DNA of 63,496 bases, filler included, from Stramenopiles sp. TOSAG23-2 (GCA_900128395.1; 21 parts of 21 records of this genome joined end to end with filler, not necessarily neighbours in it), one strand, 5' to 3'; positions 47,876 through 59,527 are shown, counted from the whole stretch's first letter. The notes: generated from the letters alone by a model not told the origin. Program-made: numbers and translations.

Positions 47876-49026
47876 GATGTTGAGGGTGTTTATATATTTC
47901 AATATATTTTGATGTCGGTTGTTGTTGTTGTTGTTTGTATAGATATATATATGTATATCTGTTACTTTGTTCCATTTGCTACACATACAGATATATATAT
48001 TACTATTATAGGATTTGGTGAGCGAAATTGTGGCTGGCCAATTGTGGAGTTGATGGATGTACTGTAACGAATTAGACCTGGTACTATACTATTTCCATGC
48101 TAGCTCTTAGCTTGATGAGTTTCATCTAATAAATTACGTAGTAATACCAGGTATATTATTGTAATGATGTGTGATGCAACTTTAAACTGTACAGGTTAAG
48201 GTACGAGGAGGTAGACAATAAATTTTATGAAGAAAGATTCATTTTCAAAGGTCTTCCAAGAGTTAGTCTAATACCACCAGTGGTAGGTGCTATGACCATG
48301 CTATTAATATCGCTAACTAATACTACTTTACCTGGTACTACTGCTGCTGCTAAAAAAAAATCACAAATTAAAATAAATTCAGGTTACCAGGTACAGGTTA
48401 GTTACGCATAATTTATTATTTTTAANNNNNNNNNNNNNNNNNNNNNNNNNNNNNNNNNNNNNNNNNNNNTTAATTAATTAANNNNNNNNNNNNNNNNNNN
48501 NNNNNNNNNNNNNNNNNNNNNNNNNGGGGTATTATTGTTTCTACAATTTGATATGTATTGTAAATATTGTCAATCTTCTAAAAAGAATATCTTTATATAC
48601 CACACCGGCTGTGCTATTTTTTGCCAGTTTGCAATTTTCAGCACCGTTTTCTCAGCACTATTTTTCTTTTTTTTTTCTCAAATTCGTAAATTTTATAGCA
48701 TTATAATAGCATACAATTACATATTATACAATACCATTATTTCGATTACCTTAGCTGGTATGATGACGTGTACGTAATGCTCAATAAATAAGAAGGCCAA
48801 GAACAAAACACATCATTATAGACGGTTAAAAATAGATAGATATCATAGGTTATACAGTCGTCTATACATATTGTGATTCATAACGATAAATATAGAACAA
48901 ATATATATAGTGTGGGGGTTTTTGATCATTTACGTATACCCATTTCCCTACCATTTACAAAAATAGTATAATAAGAATTTAATTTCTCACCGTAATTCAT
49001 CCATTAATTTTTTTTAATCTACTAGG

Positions 49027-51159
49027 ATGTCCAGAATTTCACATGCAAATAGTATTGATAGACAAATTGGTGAGCTTAACTTATCAGTATCTCCACCTAC
49101 AACAACCAATGTAAAATCGAATTTAGCAAGTAGAAGAAGGCAGAATGGCTCTCCATTGCGTGTAAATACAACTAAACCTGCGCCATCTGTAGCAACGCTG
49201 TCAAAAAGCACTAATGGCAATAAAAATGGAAGAATGAAGACTCCAGCAAAGATTATTACAGACGCATCTTTGCTTGACGCAAGAACTGGCAAACCGTTTT
49301 CTGTCAAGAACTTAGATACTGGTGAAACCATAAATATAGAAGAAATTGATAAGTTGATATCACAGGAATCGTTGACCACTTTCAGGACACCATATGCTAA
49401 AGATGCCCAAAAAGGAAAAGTATCGTCACCATTTGCAAATATATATGATAGGAACGAAGTTGATTTCATGAGAAGCTTAGAAGAAAACACATCACAAGCT
49501 GAGTTTATGAAAAATATGCGATTATGTGATAGTCCAAAAAAAGTTCAGCCTAGTGATTATTTTGATAAAATCGGTGGCAATTTTGGTGTAAAAATAGTTG
49601 GTAACAGATTAGTGCGAGATGAACGTGATGCAATTTATACTGTTTATATATTAGAGGTACGACATGATCAATATGATTTAGCATCGAAAACATGGAAAAT
49701 ATATCGTCGATATCGAGAATTTTATGCATTGGATGAATGTTTACGAAGTAAAGGATATAAAACACCATCGTTTCCACCGAAAAAAATTTTGGGAACTTTT
49801 GATCCACAATTCGTTGCTAAACGTCAAAGCTTGCTATCAGCATGGTTAGAGAATTTATTAAATTTACCAGCAATTGGGCAGCAACAAACGCAACAAAAAT
49901 CTTCTTTGAATCCACGGCATTCTGAAACATTACGTTATTTTATTAGTAAAGGTGCAAATGTGAAACCAAAAGGTATTGAAGAACATGATGATGATGGTCT
50001 ATTATATGATGCCAATGGGCTTAAAAGTAGCAATGGGAAGTCTTTACCGCTTCAAGTAAATGGACAACGTGTAACGTTGGACGACTTTCATTTAATTAAA
50101 GTGATTGGTAAGGGCTCGTTTGCTAAAGTTGTTTTAGTACGGCAAAAAAAAACTGAAAAATTATATGCAATGAAAATTCTAAAAAAAGATCATATCGTAA
50201 AACGAAAGCAAGTGGAACATACAAATACCGAACGTGCGGTATTACGTTTTACTCGACATCCATTCATTGTACAATTACATTATGCTTTCCAAACTAGCGA
50301 TAGATTATTTTTTGTTTTAGACTATTGCAGTGGTGGAGAGTTGTTTTTTCATTTAGGTAAGGCTGGAGAGTTTCGTGAGAGTGTGGCAAGGTATTATACT
50401 GCTGAATTGGTATTAGGATTGTCGCATTTACATAGTAAAGGGGTTATTTACCGCGATTTAAAACCAGAAAATGTATTATTGGATGCAGATGGTCATGTCA
50501 AGATAGCTGATTTTGGTTTGTCTAAAGTTTTAGATGATAAATTGCTAAAAAAAGGTCAGCAGATACAACGTGTTATAGATATTTCCATGGAAAAGGCGCA
50601 AACTTTTTCATTTTGTGGCACCCCAGAGTATCTAGCACCAGAAATTTTAACTCGTTCTGGGCATGGTGCCGGTGTTGATTGGTGGAGCTTAGGAATGTTA
50701 CTATATGAGATGCTTACAGGCCTGCCACCATGGTACACAAAAGATCGGCGTGAATTGTTCCGTCGTATACAAAGTGCTCCGTTGGTATTTCCAAGTCATG
50801 TTTCCAGCAGAGCAACTTCAATCATCCGTGCATTTTTAGAGCGCAATGTTAAGAAACGATTAGGTTCTAAAAAAATGAATGGTTTGGAAGGGATAAAAAG
50901 TCATGAATTTTTTGATGGAATGGATTGGGATAGGTTGTTTCAACGTAAAGTACGTACGCCATTTGCACCAAAAAAGTCTTCATTGGGAGAGACAGATGTT
51001 AGCAACTTTGATAAGACATTCACTCGTTTGCCTTTTGGTAGCGTAGCTGCTGATGTTAGGAGAGGGGAAAATGCATCTTCATCGCGTAAGAAAGATCAAT
51101 TTCATAAATTTTTCAAAAATTTTTCATACGAAGGTAGTCCGAGTAAATTGAGTGAATAA
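49027..51159 (+). CDS. PX-domain AGC kinase (SGK3/Akt-like)
   Basis: PX domain (YRRYREF, FPPKK, FVAKRQ), kinase (IGKGSFAKV, YRDLKPEN, DFG, FCGTPEYLAPE) and AGC tail with NFD and FKNFSY hydrophobic motif. Confidence 0.92.
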   Translation: MSRISHANSIDRQIGELNLSVSPPTTTNVKSNLASRRRQNGSPLRVNTTKPAPSVATLSKSTNGNKNGRMKTPAKIITDASLLDARTGKPFSVKNLDTGETINIEEIDKLISQESLTTFRTPYAKDAQKGKVSSPFANIYDRNEVDFMRSLEENTSQAEFMKNMRLCDSPKKVQPSDYFDKIGGNFGVKIVGNRLVRDERDAIYTVYILEVRHDQYDLASKTWKIYRRYREFYALDECLRSKGYKTPSFPPKKILGTFDPQFVAKRQSLLSAWLENLLNLPAIGQQQTQQKSSLNPRHSETLRYFISKGANVKPKGIEEHDDDGLLYDANGLKSSNGKSLPLQVNGQRVTLDDFHLIKVIGKGSFAKVVLVRQKKTEKLYAMKILKKDHIVKRKQVEHTNTERAVLRFTRHPFIVQLHYAFQTSDRLFFVLDYCSGGELFFHLGKAGEFRESVARYYTAELVLGLSHLHSKGVIYRDLKPENVLLDADGHVKIADFGLSKVLDDKLLKKGQQIQRVIDISMEKAQTFSFCGTPEYLAPEILTRSGHGAGVDWWSLGMLLYEMLTGLPPWYTKDRRELFRRIQSAPLVFPSHVSSRATSIIRAFLERNVKKRLGSKKMNGLEGIKSHEFFDGMDWDRLFQRKVRTPFAPKKSSLGETDVSNFDKTFTRLPFGSVAADVRRGENASSSRKKDQFHKFFKNFSYEGSPSKLSE

Positions 51160-51217
51160 ATTATATTTTTTTAAATATTTACGTCTCAACAATAATATAA
51201 TATTTAATTACGAATGA

Positions 51218-51300
51218 TTGAGCATATTACTTAGCACGGGAAGTAAAATTTTACGAGCGTATATATTACGTATTACCGTATAACTTAGATTTTAACCATC
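51218..51300 (-). repeat. Dispersed repeat, partial copy 3
   Basis: ttgagcatattacttagcacgggaagtaaaatt...taacttagattttaaccatc matches 14790-14881. Confidence 0.65.
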
Positions 51301-51912
51301 ATATCAATAAAATATTATATATTTAATATATTATTAATAAAAACAATTAGTGCAAAAAGCGCGACGACGTACGTACGTTTTACTCTCCCCGCCAAAGCAT
51401 ATGAATGGAACAACTTTCGCGATATTTCACATTTAATAAATTNNNNNNNNNNNNNNNNNNNNNNNNNNNNNNNNNNNNNNNNNNNNTTAATTAATTAANN
51501 NNNNNNNNNNNNNNNNNNNNNNNNNNNNNNNNNNNNNNNNNNGTCGAAGTATTGCTGTACGATTAATATGTGGATTTGAAAAAGCAAACGAAGGGAAAAG
51601 TAAATTGTAAAAAGCGGTGTGTGTGCGTTTTGTCATTTTTTTAAAAAAAGTGCGAGAGAGAGTTGCGTGCGTGTTTAAAAATAATGAGAACTTTGTAAAA
51701 GTATGAAATATATGGAACTCTTTTATAAATTTTTAAAATATTAAATCTCTTGTAATTTAAAATATTCACACACAATTATTTTACAAAGAGTAGATAAAAA
51801 AATATATGCCACGTATTATACAGCGTAGATGTAACCGTTGCGCTGCTTTTTATATTTTTGATTTAAGAGTACTCGTATTTTTATTTCTCATTCCTTTTAA
51901 AAGTAAAATATT

Positions 51913-53000
51913 TTATGCCTCGCACCCCTTCCCATTCTCACGCTCAATTTGACAAATTAAATCAGCAACTACCATGACAACTTGAAAATTAACTTGTTGC
52001 AACTCTTCAATTTGTTCTTTTTGCTTTACAATTTCATTTCCCATATGATCAATCTTATCACGTAATTCATCTTCCGTTTTTTCAGCAGCATCTAATGACA
52101 TTTTAATATGTTTAAAATTTTTATTTTTTGTTTGTTGTGCCATGCTTCTCCATGCATGAAATGTTTCCCGATATTTTTTTCTACGTTTCATTTCCGCAAA
52201 TAAATTTGAAATGTTTTCATTTTTATCTTTATCATCTATTGTTAAATATTTCCATTGAAGGATTCAACATTATCATCATTAGCATCAGGATTAGTATTAT
52301 TTTCTAAAATGTTTAAATAACCTTCCGTCCATTCGTTTAATCCATTTGATAATACTGAATTGGATGATGGACAAGCATCTAGAGATGCCATTTCAGTAAT
52401 ATGCTGACGTCCTACTTTTTGTATCAATGCTTTTGTTAATGCGCGTGTTTGCTCTGCAGTACTTCTTGGTCTTTGCCTTGTACTTGGACGAAATGACGCA
52501 TTATTATTATTAATTTTATTGTTTGGTAATATACCACTTGTGACATTGTAAATATTTTTATTAATATAATTTGTGACATTTTGATATGACGAATTTGTAT
52601 ATATATTACTTTTCCTTGTTCCATTTCTTCTTTTTATTGGAAATATAATGGATGATCCACCACTATTTATTGAACCTCTAATGCCAGTCATTGTTGTTGA
52701 TGGGCGTACATTATTGTTGTTGTTGTTGTTGTTGTTAGACGGTGGTTGGTTGTTTCTTGCCATCATTGTTCCTAGTGTCATCATTCGCTGTCTACTGTTT
52801 CTTACATTCTTGAAATTAAAATTAGATGTTGTATTTGGTCTTCTTGGTTGTTGTTGCTTCATTAAATCAAAATCTACCATTCGATTATCATTTAATACTT
52901 TTTTTCGCATGGATGATTTTTTATATGGTGACAGTAGCTCATCAACGGTGGTTAAAAATTTTCGTCTTACTGATCGATACCGTCCTATTTTATATGTCAA
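51913..53000 (-). CDS. Hypothetical protein with RPxT repeats and C-terminal coiled coil; probably one gene frameshifted near 52250
   Basis: ORFs 52242-53000 and 51913-52191 are bridged by the alternate frame KYLTIDDKDKNENISNLFAEMKRR. Confidence 0.5.
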
Positions 53001-53427
53001 TTATTTGAATTCACCAAATGAATTGGTCATTATCGAACGACCGTGGGTAAAGATATTGCAAGAATTTACAAATCCAGTGAAATTGAAACGGTATGGTGCA
53101 GAATAGAAACGGAGTGAGTACAACAGTACGATGTATGCTATCATATCATCCGGCTTTGATTTCAGTGTGAGATAGATATTAATATTGGCTCATGGCTCAG
53201 TTACTTTATGTGCTGGAGAGTATTCGTAGTATAATTACCATTGAGTAGAAATAAAAAATTTAACATATATACAGTATATGATAGTACTTATAAATAATAT
53301 TGTATATGTACTCGTACACATGTCTTTATAAAATATTTGTATCATCATATATCATATTTACAGACGCTCGTCGTATCATAGTGATATGATATGATTCGTA
53401 TACTCTCTGTTTACTATCAGTATCATG

Positions 53428-54457
53428 TTAGCGTGGTATCTGTACGGTGCCACTTTTCCCTTTTCTAAGGTCACCGTGTCCAGTCTTAGAGATTACATTG
53501 CCCTTTTCATCAAGTACAACTACAAAGGCTCCATAACCAGACTGTTCTCTATGGAACTCCACGGTACCACCCGCAATAACTGGCGCAATGATCTCAGCAC
53601 CCTCAGCACTGGGACCAAATCTACCTTTGGCATCATTCTTGAGTGGTATGTAATAATCCATACTTCTCCATCCACCTCTAGGTGCATGAGCCCCAAACAC
53701 TCTCCTCAGTAGAGATGCCTTCTGACTGTAAGATGCGTTAGGATCATAGACCAAACCAGATACTGCTGAATTAGAGAATTCAACCACTCTTCCCTGTTTA
53801 GCATAAGCAACAGCCATTGAATCAACCATAGACACTGCCTTTTCCATAGGTATGTCAGCTTTAATCTTAGTATCAATATGATATTCAGAACTACCACCAA
53901 TATACTGACGAGGACCAGTAACTAGACCAGTATTATATGCTCTATGTTCTGGTGTACCCTCTGTGCCACCACCGTTATTATTTGATGATTCATTGGATAA
54001 AGTGGGTTCTGGCGTATTTTTTGGGCTTGTATCCTCACCACCATTTTTGTTATTGGGTGAAGTGGGTTCTGGCGTATTTTTTGGAGTTGTATCCTCACTA
54101 ATGGATGATCCTGTATTGTGCAGTACCTGCTGTTCAAGGTGATCTCTAGTTGTATCAATTGCAGTATGGACTTTGTCCAAGTTGCTTCGTGTTCCTTTGA
54201 CCAAGTAGTTTTTAGTAGTATCAATTACAGCACCGACTTTGCCAATGTTGCTTCGTGTTCCTTGTACAATGTAGTTTTTAGTCGTATCAATTGCAGTATG
54301 GACTTTGTCCAAGTTGTTTCGTGTTCCTTTTACAATGTAGTTTTTAGTCGTATCAATTGCAGTATGGACTTTGTCCAAGTTGCTTCGTGTTCCTTTTACA
54401 AAGTAGTTTTTAGTCGTATCAATTGCAGTATGGACTTTGTCCAAGTTGTTTCGTGTT
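53428..54457 (-). CDS. Protein with tandem 22-aa amphipathic repeats, Pro/Thr linker and C-terminal M23-peptidase-like domain (5' partial)
   Basis: LDKVHTAIDTTKNYIVKGTRNN repeats, EDTxPKNTPEPT x2, and a C-terminal domain with AH...MDYY, AEIIAP, GYGAFVVVLD and KTGHGD. Confidence 0.75.
54150..54457 (-). repeat. Coding 66-bp tandem repeat (at least 4.5 copies, truncated by the contig end)
   Basis: Unit gtcgtatcaattgcagtatggactttgtccaagttgtttcgtgttccttttacaatgtagttttta. Confidence 0.92.
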
Positions 54458-54611
54458 NNNNNNNNNNNNNNNNNNNNNNNNNNNNNNNNNNNNNNNNNNN
54501 NTTAATTAATTAANNNNNNNNNNNNNNNNNNNNNNNNNNNNNNNNNNNNNNNNNNNNATATATACTCGTATATTTATTTTATCATAAATATTCATATAAA
54601 AAAAACATTAT

Positions 54612-55568
54612 TTATCGAAACACATCATCTACTTCATCTTTTTCCATTGTAATCGTTTCCTGCCTTACTTTACGTAATTCTTTTTGTTCAACACGACTAG
54701 CATAAACACCACCTTTACGTTTATGTTCAGCCGCACGTGCTAGATTTGGTGAGATATATTCTTCATTCATGTATAATGTTTCCCCTGTAAAACTACCGCT
54801 AAATATTCTTATAGGTTGCAAAACAAATCGTGGTCCAATCTCTACTAATTTATTTGTCACCACACCTTTTTTCACATCATTTGCTAATTGTTTTTCATTT
54901 AAATCACTTTCAACAACTTGATAATTACGAAACCATATACGACCATCTAAAATACTAAAATTTAATACATGATCAACAAATGGTTTGCTTTTTGGATGTC
55001 CAAGTGGCGTACCAAAAATGGAGGTAAATAATTCTTTTAATACTTTCAAATGTGGTTCTTTATCAAATGCAGTATCAAATGATAAAATTGGCCTGGAACC
55101 TTTTAAACAATTTCCAGTTAAACGTAACTCTTCCATAGTATGTACATTTTGTACTAAAAATTTCACCGATGGGCCAAATGGTGTTGCGCTTGCCCATAAA
55201 TATAAATCTTTTCGCTTCCTAAATTCAAAAAACAGCGCCGTATTGCAGCTTTTCATTTCAGCAATCTCATTAATAGCAGTTAAATCACGTTTTGTATCTA
55301 GTTTTACATCTTTTTTATGATGTGGTAATAATGCACGTATATCTCCCATTAAATGGCGATAAGATGCAACTGCTCCACGTGAACATAAAACTAAACAACG
55401 TTGCTTGTTTACATATTTTGTGGAGTATGGTCCTTCATTTTTTGCTTTTTTCGTATCAGTGGGGGAGGAGGAAGAAGATGATGAAGAAGAGGAGGATGTT
55501 TTACGTTTTTTATTTTTCGTCATGGTAGTTGTCGTTGTTGATACTTCCTCTTCTTTTTCTTGATCCAT
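54612..55568 (-). CDS. BRX1: Ribosome biogenesis protein BRX1 (Brix domain)
   Basis: YRHLMGDIRALLPHHKKD, GPSVKFLVQNVHTMEELRLTGNCLKGSRPILSFD, HPKSKPFVDHV, LVEIGPRFVL and YISPN. Confidence 0.96.
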   Translation of the reverse strand: MDQEKEEEVSTTTTTMTKNKKRKTSSSSSSSSSSSPTDTKKAKNEGPYSTKYVNKQRCLVLCSRGAVASYRHLMGDIRALLPHHKKDVKLDTKRDLTAINEIAEMKSCNTALFFEFRKRKDLYLWASATPFGPSVKFLVQNVHTMEELRLTGNCLKGSRPILSFDTAFDKEPHLKVLKELFTSIFGTPLGHPKSKPFVDHVLNFSILDGRIWFRNYQVVESDLNEKQLANDVKKGVVTNKLVEIGPRFVLQPIRIFSGSFTGETLYMNEEYISPNLARAAEHKRKGGVYASRVEQKELRKVRQETITMEKDEVDDVFR

Positions 55569-56422
55569 TTTTGTTGTTGTTGTTGTTGTTGTATTATTAT
55601 TATATAAAAGGAAGTTGATGGTTTTATTTTAGGGATGGGGAGAACAATTAATTATCAAAAGTTAAACAAACAATAATATGTGTTGTATTATTATTATTAT
55701 TATTATTGAATTAAAAGTATGTTAACAATGATGAACACTGTAACATAGACGACATCTTTCCATGAGAAAATAAATTATACTATGCATGTATATATATTTA
55801 CATGGCCAGAAATTTAGTAATTTTTAGAGTAGTTGTAAAAAAAGAGAGAAAATGTAGAGCTGATGATAGGGCGATAGAGCCGATTACTCTACAGCGTAGT
55901 ACAGCGTAGACGGAGCTACGATTAAAATCAGGCGGCATCATAATCATCCATAAAGTACGCTTTTCGTGCAACGTATTTTAAGGGCAAATGATCAAATGAC
56001 ACAAACCTGACAATAATTTATACTTGAATTGGAAATTAGAATATCAAAAAAATAATACTCATCTTCCTATACTATTGTATTTAAGGATGCTTGAAAGGGA
56101 ATAGCTGTACTATGTCCATGTTGTACGGTTGTACGTATAATAATAGAGTGCTGATTCTTTCAAGTCAAAGCCCTAAAAGGCAAATAGCTCCCAGCCCAGA
56201 GCTCAGCAGCTACATGTACCTATGTACCTGGTAAATTATAATGATGAAGAATAATCCGAGAGAAATAGAAGAAGAAAGAGCAGAGAACTATTATACGTAT
56301 TATTATTACAAAAAAAATTACAATTCAAAAAAATTATTATATAGTCATCTATAAAAAAGAAAACATTGATGTAGCAATAAAAGTTAGAGAAACTAATTTG
56401 CAATCGATGAAATAAGTAGACC

Positions 56423-57471
56423 ATGACGACGAAAAAATCATCGTTAAATACAGTTGTGCGATCGGGTGGATTCATATGTTCCAATACAAATATATGGGCA
56501 AGAGGTTTATTTCCACCACCACCACCAAGTCATCCTCAACATAATAATAATCTAGTAGAAGACGATAATAATAACAACAACAACAACAACAACAACAACC
56601 AACACATATTTGAATTTCAAAGTTTTCCTCACAATACATCACTATTAATAGATATTTGTTTAAAAGATGAAAATACGATTAAATTTGCATGTGCAAAAGG
56701 ATCATGTATCGTATTATCGACATTTCATTGCCAATCATCCTCATCATCTCAGCAACATAGTAAATGTATACCTTTAATAATACAACAAAATGTTCATAGT
56801 GATAAATTAAATAAAAAAAGCTCCTCTTCTAATAGTTATAAATCATCCTCGCTTAATAATAATGAAAATCCAATATCTTGCCTTTGTTGGTTGACTCCCG
56901 ATGTAATTGCTGTAGGATATCGTAATGGTGTTTTTCGCTGTTATTCTGGCATGACGGGCGAATTGTTATTATCGAAATTATTTCAAAAAGGTAAAGCAAC
57001 ATTAATGTCGTTGAAAATTTTTCAATGTTGCATATCAAATGAAACGATGGATACGCGAGAAAAAGGTTTATGGGCATTATATCGTGATGGGAGTATTGTA
57101 TGTATACGTATGAAAGATTTATTGGATGGTGCGTATGATGTAAATAATGATGTAAAGTACAAACGTTGGAAATGCCAACAACGTAGCAAACATATTGTCC
57201 CATTAGATTTTGTATGTTCCATTCCATTTCGAGTTGATACGTTTGATTTAAGACCTAAAGTTGGAATTAATATTAATATAGCCGGTGAAGATCCTACGGT
57301 CTCTCAATATTTTGTCACTGCAGATAAAGAAAAAGAAATTGATAGCCTTGGTGGTCTTGCATCTGTTGTAATGGGAGCTGCATTTGGTGCTGCAAGTAGT
57401 TGGTTCAGTAGCTCCACGAATGATAATAATAATAACGGTGGTATTAATAATGGTAATGATTCCGGAAATTG
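56423..57471 (+). CDS. RAB3GAP2: Rab3 GTPase-activating protein non-catalytic subunit, N-terminal domain (3' partial)
   Basis: ISCLCWL..VIAVGYRNGVFRCYS..GELLLSKLF, KYKRWK, AGEDPTVSQY and LASVVMGAAFGAASSWF follow the RAB3GAP2_N pattern. Confidence 0.7.
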
Positions 57472-57946
57472 NNNNNNNNNNNNNNNNNNNNNNNNNNNNN
57501 NNNNNNNNNNNNNNNTTAATTAATTAANNNNNNNNNNNNNNNNNNNNNNNNNNNNNNNNNNNNNNNNNNNNAAACGTCGGAGTATTAACCGTAATCATGT
57601 TGAAACTTCTTCCAACAAGCACAACAACACAAAAAGCAAAAACAAAAATATAAAAATTTAAATTTATTTGTTTTTAATAGTCTAATAAGTATACGTAAAA
57701 CTGTCTCAACTAAAATCTTCTCTTTTTGCTTTCTTCCTGGCTTTCCAGGGGCTTTCCAGGCGGCTTTCAAAAGCTTTCTTCCTTTTGGGCTTAAAATTGT
57801 ATATTTAACGTTGTGGGAGGATTAACAACGGAATATGATTACGATTTAAATACGTACAAGAATTACTACTATTAAATTATCTTTAAATCACTATCTCTTA
57901 AAAACCTAAAAACACACTTTTATCTCCAAATTACGATGTATCACTT

Positions 57947-59527
57947 TTACTGTCGTAAATATAAAAAAACTGCGAGGACGAGGGAGATTACCAACCGATA
58001 TGGCAACTCTCCTATTTGGCATATTATCCGCTTATAAATTACATCTATCGTTGTTTTCGTATTTTGTTCCTTCACTGGCTCTAGAACTAGAAAATCGCTG
58101 CACTCGTCTTTAATACTAAGGATATATTTGTATCCCTCCTTATTATCCGCTTCTACGTGTGTATAATCGCAATGTATCGTTCCCCAAATTTGCTGATTTA
58201 CCAACGATGCTGGGACTAACGTTGTTTGATGAACCGCTGTGGTTTTCCCTTTCTTACAATGGATGCATGTATCAATAAATTCCTTGATATCTTTTCTCAT
58301 GCCCCTCCAGTAAAAATTTTTACTAACCTGCTCGTAAGTCGGCTCCAACGACTGATGTGCTACTTGTAGCTCATGGTGGTAGTATGATATCAGATCGTCT
58401 TGCAGTTGAGCTGGTACTACTATCGCTGGTGGTTTGCGCTCTAACCGATTTTGTGTTCTGCCTTTTTCTAGTCGAATTATCGCCGTATGTACCAGTAGGC
58501 CCTTATTGTCTATTTCAAACCTCCTTGTCCACCTGTTGTTCTTTCCCTCCTTAATTTGTTCGATTATTTTGCCTGTTAGGGAATCTGTCCTCTGGGCTGC
58601 TTTCATTTTTGCTACCGTGAACTTCCTTGGAATTCGATATGTTACTGTGGTTTTCACTCCGTTGACTTGCTTCCCTGTCTTGGATTTCACTTCTTCCGCT
58701 TTTAGCGCCATTACCTTAATATTTGATGAGTTTAAGGATGTTTCTTCCTTTGACCATTTTGCCGGTTTTGTCTTCCAGTAGGTTATTGGAATTTCCGATT
58801 TACCGGTTTTATGATATACGTCAACTAAATTTAAGTCATCGCTATAAAGGTTAATTTCAAAAGTTTTATATACTCGCTGTTGGTGATTATGCTTCACCCC
58901 AACGTGTCCGTTTACAAATTTCGTTATTGCCGCCGTTACTGATGCTTTCGCTGTGCCCTCCGGAATTCTAGACATGTGATCTGCATCTGTATGTTTCGCC
59001 CCCGCTCTGTGGCTTAATATGATGTTGTATTCACTTATTCGACATGCCCATCGAATCATACGTCGCTTATGTTTTACGTACTGATTCAGTCGCAACAAGT
59101 TTGCATGATCTGTTACGACGTATAGCTTGTCGCCCAAAAAATGCCTCCACTTTTCTAATGCCCATAACAATGCTAAGCATTCCAGCTCCCGCGCATCGTA
59201 ATTTTTCTCTGCTGGGCTAAGTGCTCGACTCGCATACCATACAACATGTAGCTTCCCGTCTTTTCCTTTTTGGTTTAAAGTTGCACCCAGACCATGATAT
59301 ATCTCTTTTACCCCTCCTTCCGGATCCCCACTCCCGGTTTCTTTAAACTGAGTATCCTGATTATTTGCTTTGGCTTTTCCTCCACACCATACTTTGCCTG
59401 CCCATATGCCCTCTGCATATCCGTCATTGTTATTTTTTGAATTGTTTTTCTTGTATTGTTGTTTGTGTTTTCTTTTTCTTTTTATTTCTTGTCCTTTTGT
59501 TTTGCGCGTTGATGCGCTTCCTAGTCA
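57947..59527 (-). mobile_element. Ty3/Gypsy LTR-retrotransposon pol remnant: RNase H (partial), HHCC zinc finger, truncated integrase core
   Basis: HGLGATLNQ..VWYASRALSPAEKNYDARELECLALLWALEKWRHFL, VTDHANL, RWACRISEY, HRAGAKHTDADHMSR, HH..AH..FYWRGMRKDIKEFIDTCIHC, IHCDY and YKYILSIKD. RNase H before integrase is Gypsy order. Confidence 0.92.

Noticed and set aside
54150-54457. 66-bp tandem repeats as a CRISPR array
   Set aside because: Units are contiguous with no unique spacers, keep the reading frame and encode 22-aa repeats; no cas genes.
55569-56422. BRX1 / RAB3GAP2 head-to-head arrangement as a special system
   Set aside because: Divergent gene pairs are ordinary in compact protist genomes and the functions are unrelated.
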